Positions 10,582 to 20,992 of a stretch of 64,000 nucleotides of DNA are shown piece after piece; the first letter of the stretch is position 1, and the number at the start of each line of letters is the position of its first letter. Below the pieces are notes generated by a model, which had not been told where the DNA came from, ran no database searches, and was given only the letters and a program-made list of their open reading frames with translations. This DNA is from a bacterium. Its GTDB lineage: Bacteria > Patescibacteriota > Minisyncoccia > Phycocordibacterales > UBA12445. A program made the position numbers and the translations under genes. The stretch spans positions 6,662 through 70,661 of the forward strand of contig JAUSIP010000001.1 in NCBI GenBank assembly GCA_030648005.1, given 5' to 3'.

Positions 10582-11214
10582 ATGAATGAAGAAAATATAG
10601 TAAATAGCCATGAGAATAAGGATGGAATTAGTCCGATGCCAGAAATAGAAGAGGAGGTATCTTGGGGTACTTTTATCAAAGATATCATCAAGTTCACCCT
10701 ACTCTCTTTGATAGTGGTCGTGCCAATACGAGTCTTCATCGCCCAGCCTTTTCTCGTAAGCGGAAGCTCTATGAAGCCAACTTTCCATGATGGCGAGTAT
10801 CTGATTGTGGACGAAGTCTCCTACTATCTCAGTAAACCAGCAAGAGGTGATGTGGTTGTTTTCAGATATCCCTATGATCGCTCCAAATATTTCATCAAGA
10901 GAATAATCGGCCTTCCAGATGAGACAGTAGAGATAGATCAGAGCAAAATATTCATAAAAAATAAAGAAAATCCGGAGGGGTTCCTTCTTAACGAATCATA
11001 TGTAACCGACAAGAACTGGGGCACCAGAAAGTCGAGCATGACACTCTCCAATAAAGAATATTTTGTCATGGGCGACAACAGAAACGCGAGTTCAGATTCT
11101 AGAGAGTGGGGAGCACTGGCAGACGAGTTCATCACCGGACATGTTAAATTAAGACTTCTGCCAATCACAAAAGTAGAAGTATCACCGGGAGCAGTAGAGA
11201 AGTTTACCAATTAA
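10582..11214 (+). CDS. lepB: Signal peptidase I
   Basis: VSGSSMKPT (Ser), FIKRIIGLP (Lys), GDNRNASSDSR. Confidence 0.96.
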   Translation: MNEENIVNSHENKDGISPMPEIEEEVSWGTFIKDIIKFTLLSLIVVVPIRVFIAQPFLVSGSSMKPTFHDGEYLIVDEVSYYLSKPARGDVVVFRYPYDRSKYFIKRIIGLPDETVEIDQSKIFIKNKENPEGFLLNESYVTDKNWGTRKSSMTLSNKEYFVMGDNRNASSDSREWGALADEFITGHVKLRLLPITKVEVSPGAVEKFTN

Positions 11215-11236
11215 TTAACCCTGTTTCTTACACATC

Positions 11237-12622
11237 ATGGCAACAACAAAAAAAGAAAATTCAAAAATGGAGCCGCCACGAGCGCCGAAGGGTATGCGCG
11301 ATCTTTTAACACGCGACTACTACTTCTTCCAGGGCTTCTATGAGAAAGCCGCTGAAGTCGCCATCTACTTCGGATTCAAGCCGATAGAGACGCCTTTGGT
11401 TGAAGAGACACGGCTCTATACGGCAGGTGTTGGTGAGGGTACAGATATAGTCGAGAAAGAGATGTACAGGGTAAAGAGTAAGGGGAGCTCAGAACTTAGT
11501 CTTCGTCCGGAAGGCACAGCAGGAGTGGTTAGGGCATATATTGAGAATGGTATGCAATCTATGCCTCAACCGGTCATGCTCTACTACTATGGTACTTTCT
11601 ATCGACATGAGCGTCCGCAAAAAGGGCGATGGAGAGAGCTTAGACAGTTCGGACTTGAGATATTAGGGAGCGAGAAGTCTATAGCTGATGCGACGATCAT
11701 CAAGGTCACAATGTCTATCCTTGAAGATGCCGGGTACAAAAACCTCCTGCTTTCCATCAACAGCATCGGTGACAAAGCCTGCCGAAATTCGTACAAAAAA
11801 GAACTGACCAACTATTATAAGAAACATGCGAACGCGACCTGCAAAGACTGCAAGATTCGAATAAAGAATAATCCTCTACGTCTACTCGACTGCAAAGATG
11901 AGAAGTGCAAACCAATAAAGGAAGCTGCCCCACAATCCGTCAGTTTCTTGTGTGACCCATGCAAACAGCATTTCAAGGAAGTGCTGGAGTATTTGGAGAC
12001 ACTTAAAATTGAATATACGATTGATAGCAATTTAGTAAGAGGTCTAGATTATTACACTAGGACCGTTTTTGAGGTAAGCACGAAGGCTACTCCAAGCCCA
12101 AGAGAAGATGTTGTGGCTGGGGTGGTTGCTGGAGAAAAAACAGAGAAAGAAGGAGATGTGGAAGCTGTTAAGATCGAACCAGTATCTCTAGCCTTAGCTG
12201 GAGGGGGAAGATATGATTACCTAGCCAAAACACTTGGAAGCAAGAAGGATGTCCCAGGAGTCGGAGTCGGTATCGGTGCAGATAGAGTAGTCATGTCCCC
12301 GGAATTCAATCAGGAGCTCGCTCCGCGAATATTAAAGAAGCCTAAGATGTTTTTCATTCAGCTCGGCTTCTCTGCTAAACTTCAGAGTCTATCGATCATA
12401 GATATTTTGAGAAAAGCAAAGATACCCGTTCTTCAATCTCTCTCCAAAGACAGCCTATCTTCCCAACTGGGTGTTGCCGAGAAGATGAAGATCCCATATA
12501 CGATCATAATGGGACAGAAAGAGGTGATAGACGGCACGGTGATCATCCGCGATATGGACAGCCGATCACAAGACGAGATCAAGGTCGACAAACTAGCAGA
12601 ATACATAAAGAAGTTGAAATAA
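11237..12622 (+). CDS. hisS: Histidyl-tRNA synthetase
   Basis: LRPEGTA, RHERPQKGRWRE, LVRGLDYYT, GGGRYD. Confidence 0.97.
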   Translation: MATTKKENSKMEPPRAPKGMRDLLTRDYYFFQGFYEKAAEVAIYFGFKPIETPLVEETRLYTAGVGEGTDIVEKEMYRVKSKGSSELSLRPEGTAGVVRAYIENGMQSMPQPVMLYYYGTFYRHERPQKGRWRELRQFGLEILGSEKSIADATIIKVTMSILEDAGYKNLLLSINSIGDKACRNSYKKELTNYYKKHANATCKDCKIRIKNNPLRLLDCKDEKCKPIKEAAPQSVSFLCDPCKQHFKEVLEYLETLKIEYTIDSNLVRGLDYYTRTVFEVSTKATPSPREDVVAGVVAGEKTEKEGDVEAVKIEPVSLALAGGGRYDYLAKTLGSKKDVPGVGVGIGADRVVMSPEFNQELAPRILKKPKMFFIQLGFSAKLQSLSIIDILRKAKIPVLQSLSKDSLSSQLGVAEKMKIPYTIIMGQKEVIDGTVIIRDMDSRSQDEIKVDKLAEYIKKLK

Positions 12623-12651
12623 TAACCGTCTTATGGTATCCTAAGAAACCA

Positions 12652-12894
12652 ATGATACAAGTAGAAGTAACAAAAAATAATAACGAGACCTCTTCAAGTA
12701 TAATCAGAAGATTTACCAAGAGAGTCCAGGAGTCGGGCATTATAAGGCGCGCCAAGTCCTTACGCTATAACGAAAGGGCGAAGTCCAGCTACGTCAAGAA
12801 GAAGAAGACACTCAAGCGACTCGCCAAGAGAAGCGAGACAGCCCGACTAAGAAGGCTCGGCAAGATAGAGGATGCTCCAACATATCGAAAATAA
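12652..12894 (+). CDS. rpsU: 30S ribosomal protein bS21
   Basis: Small basic protein, IRRFTKRVQESGI pattern. Confidence 0.75.
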   Translation: MIQVEVTKNNNETSSSIIRRFTKRVQESGIIRRAKSLRYNERAKSSYVKKKKTLKRLAKRSETARLRRLGKIEDAPTYRK

Positions 12895-13273
12895 AACCAA
12901 AGAGAAGATCCCGCCAATTCCGTTCGCGGATATTGCAGGGTATACTATGAACCAAGGCTATGAACTTAGCCTTGGTTTCGTTAGTAATGCCACCTCAAAA
13001 AGATTAAACAACACCTATCGGCAGAAGAATAAACCAACGAATATTTTAAGCTTTCCTCTATCAAAAACAGAAGGAGAAATTCTAATAGCTATCAAGGTGG
13101 TGCAGAAAGAGGCGAAGGAACTTGGAGAAGAGTTGTCTGCTTATCTCGCATATATATTTATCCACGGTTTAGCGCATTTGGAAGGATTGGATCATGGTAG
13201 TAGAATGGAAGAAGAGGAGAAAAAAATAAGGTACAAATTTAGGGACATTTTCAAATCCTCCAATTTACTATAA
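12872..13273 (+). CDS. ybeY: rRNA maturation endoribonuclease YbeY
   Basis: LNNTYRQKNKPTNILSF, HGLAHLEGLDH. Confidence 0.93.
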   Translation: MLQHIENKTKEKIPPIPFADIAGYTMNQGYELSLGFVSNATSKRLNNTYRQKNKPTNILSFPLSKTEGEILIAIKVVQKEAKELGEELSAYLAYIFIHGLAHLEGLDHGSRMEEEEKKIRYKFRDIFKSSNLL

Positions 13274-14467
13274 GTGAGGAATAAAATAATAACAGGCATA
13301 GACATCGGATCATCTTCGATAAGGATCGTTGTTTCAGAAATTACTCAGGGGGAATCAACTCCACGGATTTTGTCTATGACAAATTCAAAATCGCGTGGAC
13401 TTCGGCATGGATATATTATAGATATGGAAGAGGCTGCAGAGTCTCTCAAAGATGCAGTGGTTGAAGCAGAGAGGATATCAGGCAAAAAAATAGAAGATGC
13501 GTATCTTGCCATAGGCGGAATAAGTCTTGAATCTATCATAGGCGAAGGCTCGATAGCTGTCTCCAAAGCCGACCTTGAGATAGGCGAAGCGGACATAAAA
13601 CGCGTACTAGAGACCAGCGAATCAAACCTAAAGAAGATAGCTAACCGCCAGATCATTCAATCTATTCCCATTCAATATAAACTAGATGGTAAGAAAATCC
13701 TTGGTCGACCCCATGGTATGAAGGGAGAGATCCTGGAGGTCAAAGTGCTCTATATCACCTGTCTTGAGCAACACTTGAACGATCTGATCAGCATCGTGGA
13801 GGGGGTGGGAATCTCAATAGAGAATATTGTACCCTCTCCTATTGCCGCAAGCTACGCAATATTATCTAAGGTGCAGAAGACGGCGGGCTGTATTCTAACG
13901 GACATCGGAGCAGAGACCGTTACTATCGCGGTCTTTGAAGAAGGGATTCTAACATCGCTGAAAGTTTTTCCAGTCGGTTCTGTAGACATCACGAATGACA
14001 TCGCTCTTGTGTTGAAGATCTCTATGGAGGAGGCAGAAAATTGTAAAACAGGCAAAGATAATAAAAATTACAACAGAAAAAGATTGGAAGAGATCATTGA
14101 GGCCCGACTCTCCGATATTTTTGATCTTATTGAAGCTCATCTAAAGAAGATCGGGAGGAACTCTCTTCTGCCGGCTGGCATCATTCTGGTTGGTGGTGGC
14201 TCAAACCTAAATATTGTAGAGCCCTTAGCTAAGGAGTACCTCAATCTGCCCGCCAGGATCGCTCCGCTATCGATCATGTCAAGTATCCCCATAAATGAAA
14301 ATAAGGAATCGCAGGTAGTTAGAAGAAGTGTCGATTCATCTTGGGCAGTCGCTTATGGACTCTGCACACTAGGGGAAAATAATGAGTCCCAAGAGAGCTC
14401 CCCTAGCCGTTTCGCAAAACAAACAAAAAACAACTTAATAAAGTGGTTGCGTCAATTCTTGCCATAA
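13274..14467 (+). CDS. ftsA: Cell division protein FtsA
   Basis: GIDIGSSSI, DIGAETV, EIIEARL, LVGGGS; directly upstream of ftsZ. Confidence 0.96.
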   Translation: MRNKIITGIDIGSSSIRIVVSEITQGESTPRILSMTNSKSRGLRHGYIIDMEEAAESLKDAVVEAERISGKKIEDAYLAIGGISLESIIGEGSIAVSKADLEIGEADIKRVLETSESNLKKIANRQIIQSIPIQYKLDGKKILGRPHGMKGEILEVKVLYITCLEQHLNDLISIVEGVGISIENIVPSPIAASYAILSKVQKTAGCILTDIGAETVTIAVFEEGILTSLKVFPVGSVDITNDIALVLKISMEEAENCKTGKDNKNYNRKRLEEIIEARLSDIFDLIEAHLKKIGRNSLLPAGIILVGGGSNLNIVEPLAKEYLNLPARIAPLSIMSSIPINENKESQVVRRSVDSSWAVAYGLCTLGENNESQESSPSRFAKQTKNNLIKWLRQFLP

Positions 14468-14495
14468 TCTCCTCATCTGATAGTATGGCTTTAAC

Positions 14496-15671
14496 ATGCC
14501 AAAAGTTAATCCAGAAATTGAAGCCTTCGCAAGAATAAAAGTTATCGGCGTCGGAGGATCGGGTGGTAACGCTATCAATCACATGATCGACTCCAAGATT
14601 GTCGGAGTTGAATTCGTGGCCATGAACACAGACACTCAGGATCTGCACAAATCTCTTGCTGAGAAGAAGATCCATATTGGTAAAAACTTAACCAAAGGAC
14701 GAGGGGCCGGTATGAATCCCGAGGTTGGGCAGCGAGCCGCCGAAGAGACGATTGAAGAGATACAAGGAATAACCAAGGGGGCCGATATGGTCTTCATAGT
14801 TTGCGGTATGGGTGGAGGTACGGGCACCGGCGCAGCACCAACCATTGCCAAGACTGCTAAAGAGCAAGGTGCTTTGACCATTGGAGTAGTCACTAAGCCC
14901 TTCTTCTTCGAGGGCGCTCAAAGAATGCGGCTAGCCAACGACGGCATAATGAACCTCAGGAATGAAGTTGACGCGATGATCGTCATACCAAACGATAGAC
15001 TTCTTGGGGTCATCGACAAAAGTACGACATTCCTCTCCGCATTTGCAATGTGCAACGAAGTATTGAGGCAGGCAGTAGAGGGTATCTCTAATCTAATAAC
15101 AATTCCTGGTATCATCAACGTCGACTTCGCAGACATTAGGACCATCATGCAGAACACAGGCTCAGCCCTTATGGGTATAGGTTCCGCTTCGGGCGAGAAT
15201 CGCGCCGAAGAAGCAGCTAGAGCAGCGATAAACTCCCCCCTCCTTGATCTTTCTATTCAGGGCGCAAAAGGTGTCCTATTTGCCGTATCCGGCGGGGATG
15301 ACATGACTATGTTTGAAATCCAGGAAGCAGCTAAGGTTATCACTGAGTCGATCGATCCAGACGCACGAGTCATCTTCGGCGCAATCAAGGATCCAAATCT
15401 CAAGAAAGACGAACTGAAGGTTACAGTTATCGCAACAGGATTCGCCAACGAAACCTTTGGCAAGAGTGATGAGATGATCAGGAGGCCAAAAATAAACGAG
15501 GTGAGCGAACCGGTGGCAAAGTCCTTCGTCCAAGAATTAAAGAATACATTTAAAAAAGAAGAGCGAATAGAAAACATTTCTAACATTTCGGACATGAACA
15601 TAGGCATGGACAAATCTGAAGATGAGAACTGGTCTTCAGTGCCGGCCTTCCTTCGTCGCGCCAAGAAATAA
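14496..15671 (+). CDS. ftsZ: Cell division protein FtsZ
   Basis: GGGTGTG signature, INVDFAD, C-terminal VPAFLRR. Confidence 0.99.
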   Translation: MPKVNPEIEAFARIKVIGVGGSGGNAINHMIDSKIVGVEFVAMNTDTQDLHKSLAEKKIHIGKNLTKGRGAGMNPEVGQRAAEETIEEIQGITKGADMVFIVCGMGGGTGTGAAPTIAKTAKEQGALTIGVVTKPFFFEGAQRMRLANDGIMNLRNEVDAMIVIPNDRLLGVIDKSTTFLSAFAMCNEVLRQAVEGISNLITIPGIINVDFADIRTIMQNTGSALMGIGSASGENRAEEAARAAINSPLLDLSIQGAKGVLFAVSGGDDMTMFEIQEAAKVITESIDPDARVIFGAIKDPNLKKDELKVTVIATGFANETFGKSDEMIRRPKINEVSEPVAKSFVQELKNTFKKEERIENISNISDMNIGMDKSEDENWSSVPAFLRRAKK

Positions 15672-15794
15672 AAAACTCAAATTTAGCGCATGACTTTGTC
15701 GAGAACTCCGTTTATTTCTCACAGTACCGACTAAGTACAGTTTCAAAATAATACTCGTTCTCTCCTCGTCCTGCATCTAAATTTGAGATTTTTA
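15670..15794 (-). repeat. ~120-nt structured dispersed repeat, copy B
   Basis: TTAGCGCATGACTTTGTCG...GTAC-n-GTAC...CTGCATCTAA, closed by a terminal inverted repeat; lies between convergent ftsZ and ugd. Confidence 0.85.
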
Positions 15795-15804
15795 TAGACT
15801 ATCG

Positions 15805-17094
15805 TTACTGCCCGATACCTTCATAGTGAAAGCCCAGTGCTTCGGCTTCGGCTTTTTTGTATATATTTCTGGCATCTACAATATTGGCACGGCCGATATT
15901 TTTCTTTATCTGTAGAAGTGTGATCTCCCTAAACTGCTTCCACTCGGTCATGATAACCAAACAATCCGCATCCTTTAACATACCTAGGGAATTATTACTG
16001 AATGTTATTTGTGGAAAAAGCTGTCTACCATTCGCTTCAGCCACCGGATCAAAACAGACCACCTCGGCGCCTGCACTCAGAAGATCCTCGACAAGCCTAA
16101 CTGCCGGAGATTCGCGAAGATCATCCGTCTCCGGCTTGAAGGCAAGTCCCCAAACCGCCACCTTCTTGCCATGTAAACCCTTCACCAGTCCCACAACCTT
16201 AGCTAAAACTCGATCACCTTGTCTTTTATTTATCTCTTCAGTTACATTCAGCAGAGGTAGTTCTGTGTCATACTTCCTCGCTGTGCTGATGAGGCCCTTA
16301 ACATCCTTAGGAAAGCACGATCCACCATATCCGGGGCCGGCATTCAAGAATGCGCGCTTGCCAATCCTCTGATCAAGCTTCATACCGAGTGCCACTTCAT
16401 CAACATTAGCTCCTATCTTCTCACAGAGTTCTGAGAGACTGTTAATGAACGATATGGAGACAGCAAGATAAGCGTTGGAGGCATACTTGATCATCTCGGC
16501 TGTTCTGACATCAGTGAAGAGTATCTCGGTTTTTATAAGTGAATACAGCTCCTGCATTATCTTCTTGGCACGGCCTAGTGGTACTCCGATAACAACTCTG
16601 TCTGGCTTCAAAAAATCAGATATCGCCTGGCCTTCACGCAGAAACTCGGGGTTTGAGACCACGTCGAATTTTACTTTCGCATGTTTCTCTAAGATCTTGG
16701 CAACTCTCTCCCCTGTCCCAACAGGGACCGTAGACTTATTTATAACAACAGCATACTTACGCATATTTCTTCCGATCTCTTCAGCCGCACGCTCAATATA
16801 TTTTGTCTCCACAGTCCCATCTTTTTTAGAAGGAGTGCCGACCGCTATAAAAATAACATCCGCATGTGCTATACCCTCCTCTGTATTATTGAAAAATTTT
16901 ATCCGTCCCTTCTTTATATTTTTAACAAGCAACGTCTCTATTCCCGGTTCGTATATCGGCGAGATCCCCTTCTTCAAATCCTCTATCTTCTGCTTATCTA
17001 TATCAACACAAGATACTTCATAACCCAGTTCAGCAAAGCATACCCCAGTCACCAAACCCACATACCCTGTACCCATTACACTAATTCTCTTCAT
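15805..17094 (-). CDS. ugd: UDP-glucose 6-dehydrogenase
   Basis: GTGYVG, KSTVPVGT, NPEFLREG, GYGGSCFPKD, GLAFKPETDDLRESP. Confidence 0.96.
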   Translation of the reverse strand: MKRISVMGTGYVGLVTGVCFAELGYEVSCVDIDKQKIEDLKKGISPIYEPGIETLLVKNIKKGRIKFFNNTEEGIAHADVIFIAVGTPSKKDGTVETKYIERAAEEIGRNMRKYAVVINKSTVPVGTGERVAKILEKHAKVKFDVVSNPEFLREGQAISDFLKPDRVVIGVPLGRAKKIMQELYSLIKTEILFTDVRTAEMIKYASNAYLAVSISFINSLSELCEKIGANVDEVALGMKLDQRIGKRAFLNAGPGYGGSCFPKDVKGLISTARKYDTELPLLNVTEEINKRQGDRVLAKVVGLVKGLHGKKVAVWGLAFKPETDDLRESPAVRLVEDLLSAGAEVVCFDPVAEANGRQLFPQITFSNNSLGMLKDADCLVIMTEWKQFREITLLQIKKNIGRANIVDARNIYKKAEAEALGFHYEGIGQ

Positions 17095-17173
17095 ATCAAA
17101 ATTATAACAAAGGTTAAATCATTTTGGTTATAAAAAAATCCCCCCGCCATAGCGAGGGGCACTTCGTCAAATA

Positions 17174-17650
17174 TTATTTGAGTAAAATTCTTTCAAGATC
17201 AGGCTTCCAGCGGGTGAGGAACTCGGTGATGATGTGTCCGCCGTCGTCGCCAGCAGTGGCACCATAGTCGATGAATTGATATCCGCAACTTGTACGACGT
17301 ATATTGTGCCGATGGTACGAATGGAAGTCCACACCGAAGAGATATTGGTATGCATCTTCCGGCAAGCTTTTCAAGGTCGCCGCCCATTCTTCCTTGTCAG
17401 GCTCAACACCGTAGTTACGGCGAACGATACTGAAGAGTCCGAGGCTAAAATACACCGTAGCAAGGTAACCTGCTTTGTTCGCAAGCCAACACTTGTACTC
17501 ACTCCAATTTTGCTGCATTGCGGCGAAGACCAGATCTCGGACTGTTTTAAAATTTCGGCATTTGTAGAGGATCTTCTGCATGTTCGGGATCTTGATGACT
17601 AGGGGCCCAATCAGGATTGCCGCCCGAAAACTTCCATAGTGTATCTCCAT
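17174..17650 (-). CDS. Minimal protein-kinase-like ORFan
   Basis: YGSFR (Gly loop), VIKIP (Lys), NWSE, DFH...HNI, IDYG; GGAG SD and terminator. Confidence 0.55.
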   Translation of the reverse strand: MEIHYGSFRAAILIGPLVIKIPNMQKILYKCRNFKTVRDLVFAAMQQNWSEYKCWLANKAGYLATVYFSLGLFSIVRRNYGVEPDKEEWAATLKSLPEDAYQYLFGVDFHSYHRHNIRRTSCGYQFIDYGATAGDDGGHIITEFLTRWKPDLERILLK

Positions 17651-17815
17651 GAATTTTCAACTCCTTATCTTCCATAAAAAGTATAACAAAAAAAGCCGAC
17701 TAAGTCAATAGCTGGCTTTTTCTTACGCCCCGAGCCGAGTTTTAAATCCTAACGTGCCAGTAAAGGTAAACTTTGTTGCACTGGTATTTTAAAACTCAGC
17801 TCGAAGCTCGAACTC

Positions 17816-17934
17816 GGACTATCCACTTAGCGCATAACTTTGTCGAAAGCTCCATTTGCTTCTCAATGTACTGTTAGTACATCTTCGTCGCAAGATTCGC
17901 TTTCTTCGCGTTCTGCATCTAAGTGTCTAAGTCC
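17816..17934 (-). repeat. ~120-nt structured dispersed repeat, copy C
   Basis: TTAGCGCATAACTTTGTCG...TGTACTGTTAGTACA...TTCTGCATCTAAG. Confidence 0.85.
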
Positions 17935-17941
17935 TTTGTGT

Positions 17942-19180
17942 TTAGCGTCTGTATGTTTTGTACTGCGAAGCTGGGCGGCCTGAATTTGAGTGACTAGAAT
18001 TACTTCTTGCAAAACGATTGAATTTTGGTCGTTCAGGTCTGTCCACCTCATTGACTCCACTGACACTTATACGTTTTGGTGGTAGTACAGGATTTGGCTT
18101 CAGCGCCAAACTCTTCCTCATTAGTCTCTCTATCTCCTTCACATCATAACGCTGGCCATGCTCGGCGAAAGAGATCGCCTTACCCATCTTACCAGCTCGG
18201 CCTGTTCGGCCTATTCGGTGAACATAATCCTCCGGATTGTCGGGTAGATCGAAGTTTACAACCAGCTCGATATCTGAGACGTCGATACCTCGAGCAGCAA
18301 TATCTGTAGCCACAAGCACTCGATGCCTACCACTCTTGAATCCATCAAGCGCTGCCTTCCTCTGCGAGAGAGACTTGTTGGAGTGGATGTCAGCTGAAGT
18401 GTGCCCCATATCTTTGATCTTATGAGAGATCTTCTTTGCTCCATGCTTAGTTCGTGAGAAAACCAAGACGGTACCCTTATGATCAGAAAGCATTTTATCC
18501 AGTAGTTGGATCTTCTCGTCTTTTGATATCATGTACAGTTCTTGCGAAATTCTCTCAGTCGTACTACCGGCTTCAGCTATCTGCACAGTCGCAGGCGACT
18601 TCATGTAAGTATTAGCTATCGCTCTAATCTTCGGAGGCATAGTCGCGGAGAAGAGCAGAGTCTGATGTTCTTTTGGTACAGATGACAAAATCTTTTTTAT
18701 CTGGGGTTCGAATCCCATATCAAGCATTCTGTCAGCTTCATCTAATACTAATATCGCTACAGTTCCTAAATTAATAGTTTTGTGCTGTAAGTGATCATTC
18801 AGTCTTCCTGGTGTTGCGACGATCACATGAGGCTTCTGGCGGATCATTGAGAGTTGTCCGCCCATAGGTGCGCCTCCAACAAGAATAGCTGTGCGCAATC
18901 CAAGCGGGCTACCGATTCTTTTCAAAGTCTCCTCAACCTGCATGGCAAGCTCTCGGGTTGGTAAGACTATTAAGCCTGTAGCACCATTCTTCTTAGCCAG
19001 CAACTGGATCATTGGCAAACCGAAAGCCAGCGTCTTACCTGTACCTGTCTGGGCAATACCTATAACGTCCTTGCCTGTCAGGACAATAGGAATAGACTTC
19101 TCCTGAATAGGAGTCGGTTTTGTGAGGCCATTCTTCTCCAGAATAGCCAAAAGCAATGGTGATATACCTAGATTATTCAT
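17942..19180 (-). CDS. DEAD-box RNA helicase (RhlE-like)
   Basis: AQTGTGKT, PTRELA, DEAD, SAT, HRIGRTGR. Confidence 0.96.
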   Translation of the reverse strand: MNNLGISPLLLAILEKNGLTKPTPIQEKSIPIVLTGKDVIGIAQTGTGKTLAFGLPMIQLLAKKNGATGLIVLPTRELAMQVEETLKRIGSPLGLRTAILVGGAPMGGQLSMIRQKPHVIVATPGRLNDHLQHKTINLGTVAILVLDEADRMLDMGFEPQIKKILSSVPKEHQTLLFSATMPPKIRAIANTYMKSPATVQIAEAGSTTERISQELYMISKDEKIQLLDKMLSDHKGTVLVFSRTKHGAKKISHKIKDMGHTSADIHSNKSLSQRKAALDGFKSGRHRVLVATDIAARGIDVSDIELVVNFDLPDNPEDYVHRIGRTGRAGKMGKAISFAEHGQRYDVKEIERLMRKSLALKPNPVLPPKRISVSGVNEVDRPERPKFNRFARSNSSHSNSGRPASQYKTYRR

Positions 19181-19336
19181 ATTTTTTCTATCTGACCCGA
19201 TATCTGTAATGGGTCAGTAGAATTGACACATAAGTTCGAGTCCTAATATTACCTGTAAGTATACACTATTGAGTTTATTTTGTCAAGCAAATAAAAACAG
19301 CCCCTATTTTAGGGGCTGGCAACGATTTCGGCGCAC

Positions 19337-19876
19337 TTACAGTTTTTTTTGAAGAAATTCCCTGAGCTTCTTCTCGTTGGTGATTGGTTCAACTCTAACA
19401 GTCTCCGGATAGATAGGATGACCCGCTTCGTCCTCCTCGTAATCCTTATGTCCATCAATATCTTCCTTACTCAAACCAGCCTGCATAAGAAACTCTTCAA
19501 TGCTCTCTTTGGTATAGCCAGACCATGGAAGATCGGAGTTAGCATACATCAACCTTCCGCACTTGAGGATATTTGAGTAAATAGCATCAGCGTTCTGAAG
19601 AACTCTCTGGCGCAAGATCTCGTGTTCAAGATTTTTGATCCTCTTGTTGTAAGTTGTCTTACCGGCATGCCTTTCGTTGTATTGCGCGATCTGATCATCT
19701 GTGAAGCATCGTTCTAGGAGTTCAGCGAGCTTCCTGACCGGATCCTTGATCAGCTTGAAGCCACGTCGCTCAACAACCTCGACATAAGCTTCCAGATCTG
19801 CCCATGCATCCACGAACCGCTCCTCGATCTCTTCTGTATCTTCCTGAGACAAAACTTCGACTTCTGATGTACTCAT
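19337..19876 (-). CDS. Hypothetical acidic protein (ORFan cassette)
   Basis: Start moved to MSTSEV (GGAGG SD); terminator hairpin 19298-19318. Confidence 0.7.
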   Translation of the reverse strand: MSTSEVEVLSQEDTEEIEERFVDAWADLEAYVEVVERRGFKLIKDPVRKLAELLERCFTDDQIAQYNERHAGKTTYNKRIKNLEHEILRQRVLQNADAIYSNILKCGRLMYANSDLPWSGYTKESIEEFLMQAGLSKEDIDGHKDYEEDEAGHPIYPETVRVEPITNEKKLREFLQKKL

Positions 19877-20010
19877 TTGGGACCTCCTCTTTATTGACAA
19901 ACGGCTCTTTTCCAATAGCAAGATAGCATTAAAAAGTCCGAGTGGCAACTATGTTCGAAGTCGGTCTTCGTGCATCTTAAACTACAAAATATAGCTTAGA
20001 ATTTTGGCAA

Positions 20011-20047
20011 TAAAAAAACCGGTTGCAAACAGAGTGTCTGCAACCGG
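20011..20047 (-). terminator. Rho-independent terminator closing the Ubl operon
   Basis: CCGGTTGCA...TGCAACCGG stem followed by a U-tract on the minus strand. Confidence 0.75.
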
Positions 20048-20069
20048 GCGTGGTATTCACTATGAGCTC

Positions 20070-20309
20070 CTAAGAACCTTGCGGGCGTTCGTGAACTGCG
20101 ACGATCTTCGATGCTGAAGTCACGCGCGTTTCAGGCGTGGCAGGCTTGCCGTCGACCGACAGGTTCTTCTTGTCGAGGCTGACTCCAGCCTCCTTGAGCA
20201 CCTCGGCGAGCGTGGCGCTCGCTTCGATAGTGACCGTCTTGGTGATCGGTTTTCCCGAAGTGGGGACGACCTCAAGTTGAACTTCGAAAGTCTTCTTGGT
20301 CTTGGTCAT
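20070..20309 (-). CDS. Ubiquitin-like (beta-grasp, ThiS/MoaD-like) protein
   Basis: 79 aa; TVTIEASATLAEVLKEAGV...LSVDGKPATPETRV...VAVHERPQGS; SD GGGGTG; downstream of an E1-like gene. Confidence 0.75.
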   Translation of the reverse strand: MTKTKKTFEVQLEVVPTSGKPITKTVTIEASATLAEVLKEAGVSLDKKNLSVDGKPATPETRVTSASKIVAVHERPQGS

Positions 20310-20353
20310 TTTCCTTCACCCCCTCTTTTTTGTCTTGTTTTTTTTGTAAAGAA

Positions 20354-20992
20354 CTATACTTCTTGAAAGTACCCGCACAACATCCTCAGATGCCGCTTGA
20401 ATTTACTCTGTTTGAAGAACATTGTCAAGGCAGCGCAGGCGACGTTGGCCGCGGTACTGCTGATGTGTATCGCACCATGGTTGCCGCACATAGACCGGGT
20501 AGCTTCTACCGAGGAATATCGGATGAAATTCTCATAATAATCCACGTCATCCTTATCGCACGTGCGAATAGCGAACACTTCGATATATTCAGCGTTGATT
20601 CTCGTATCAACGAAGATCCCAACGAGAGGATTGTCCTTAACAGCCTTCCAGATGAGCTGGCGCGCCTCCATAGTATCAACACAAGCAACGACCGCGGTTT
20701 TGAGCGGTTCACCGTTGTACATCTTGGGTATAACCCTAATCTGAACTCCTGACGCTTCTTCCACGATCTCACTTAACGCTTCGACCTTCAGCCTCAAAAT
20801 ATGCTTCTGCCGGAACTCCGACATCGGCACGTTATGCGAGGCCACTTCGTCGCCATCCAAAACCGTAAGATCAGCGCACCCTTCTCTGGCGAGCATGATA
20901 GTGAGTCTACTGCCGACTGAACCGGCGCCAATGATAGTAACAGGTCGGAAGAGATCCGGATCAACGATCTTATTCTGTGCATCGAAATTCAT
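20354..20992 (-). CDS. ThiF/E1-family adenylyltransferase
   Basis: IIGAGSVGS, DGDEVASHN, LKVEAL, CVDTMEAR, Cys in SMCG; ATGA-coupled to the upstream gene. Confidence 0.9.
   Translation of the reverse strand: MNFDAQNKIVDPDLFRPVTIIGAGSVGSRLTIMLAREGCADLTVLDGDEVASHNVPMSEFRQKHILRLKVEALSEIVEEASGVQIRVIPKMYNGEPLKTAVVACVDTMEARQLIWKAVKDNPLVGIFVDTRINAEYIEVFAIRTCDKDDVDYYENFIRYSSVEATRSMCGNHGAIHISSTAANVACAALTMFFKQSKFKRHLRMLCGYFQEV

Noticed and set aside
20354-20992. ThiF as a thiamine or molybdopterin biosynthesis gene
   Set aside because: No thiG/moa genes nearby, the small partner lacks GG, and the gene is coupled to an E2-like ORF
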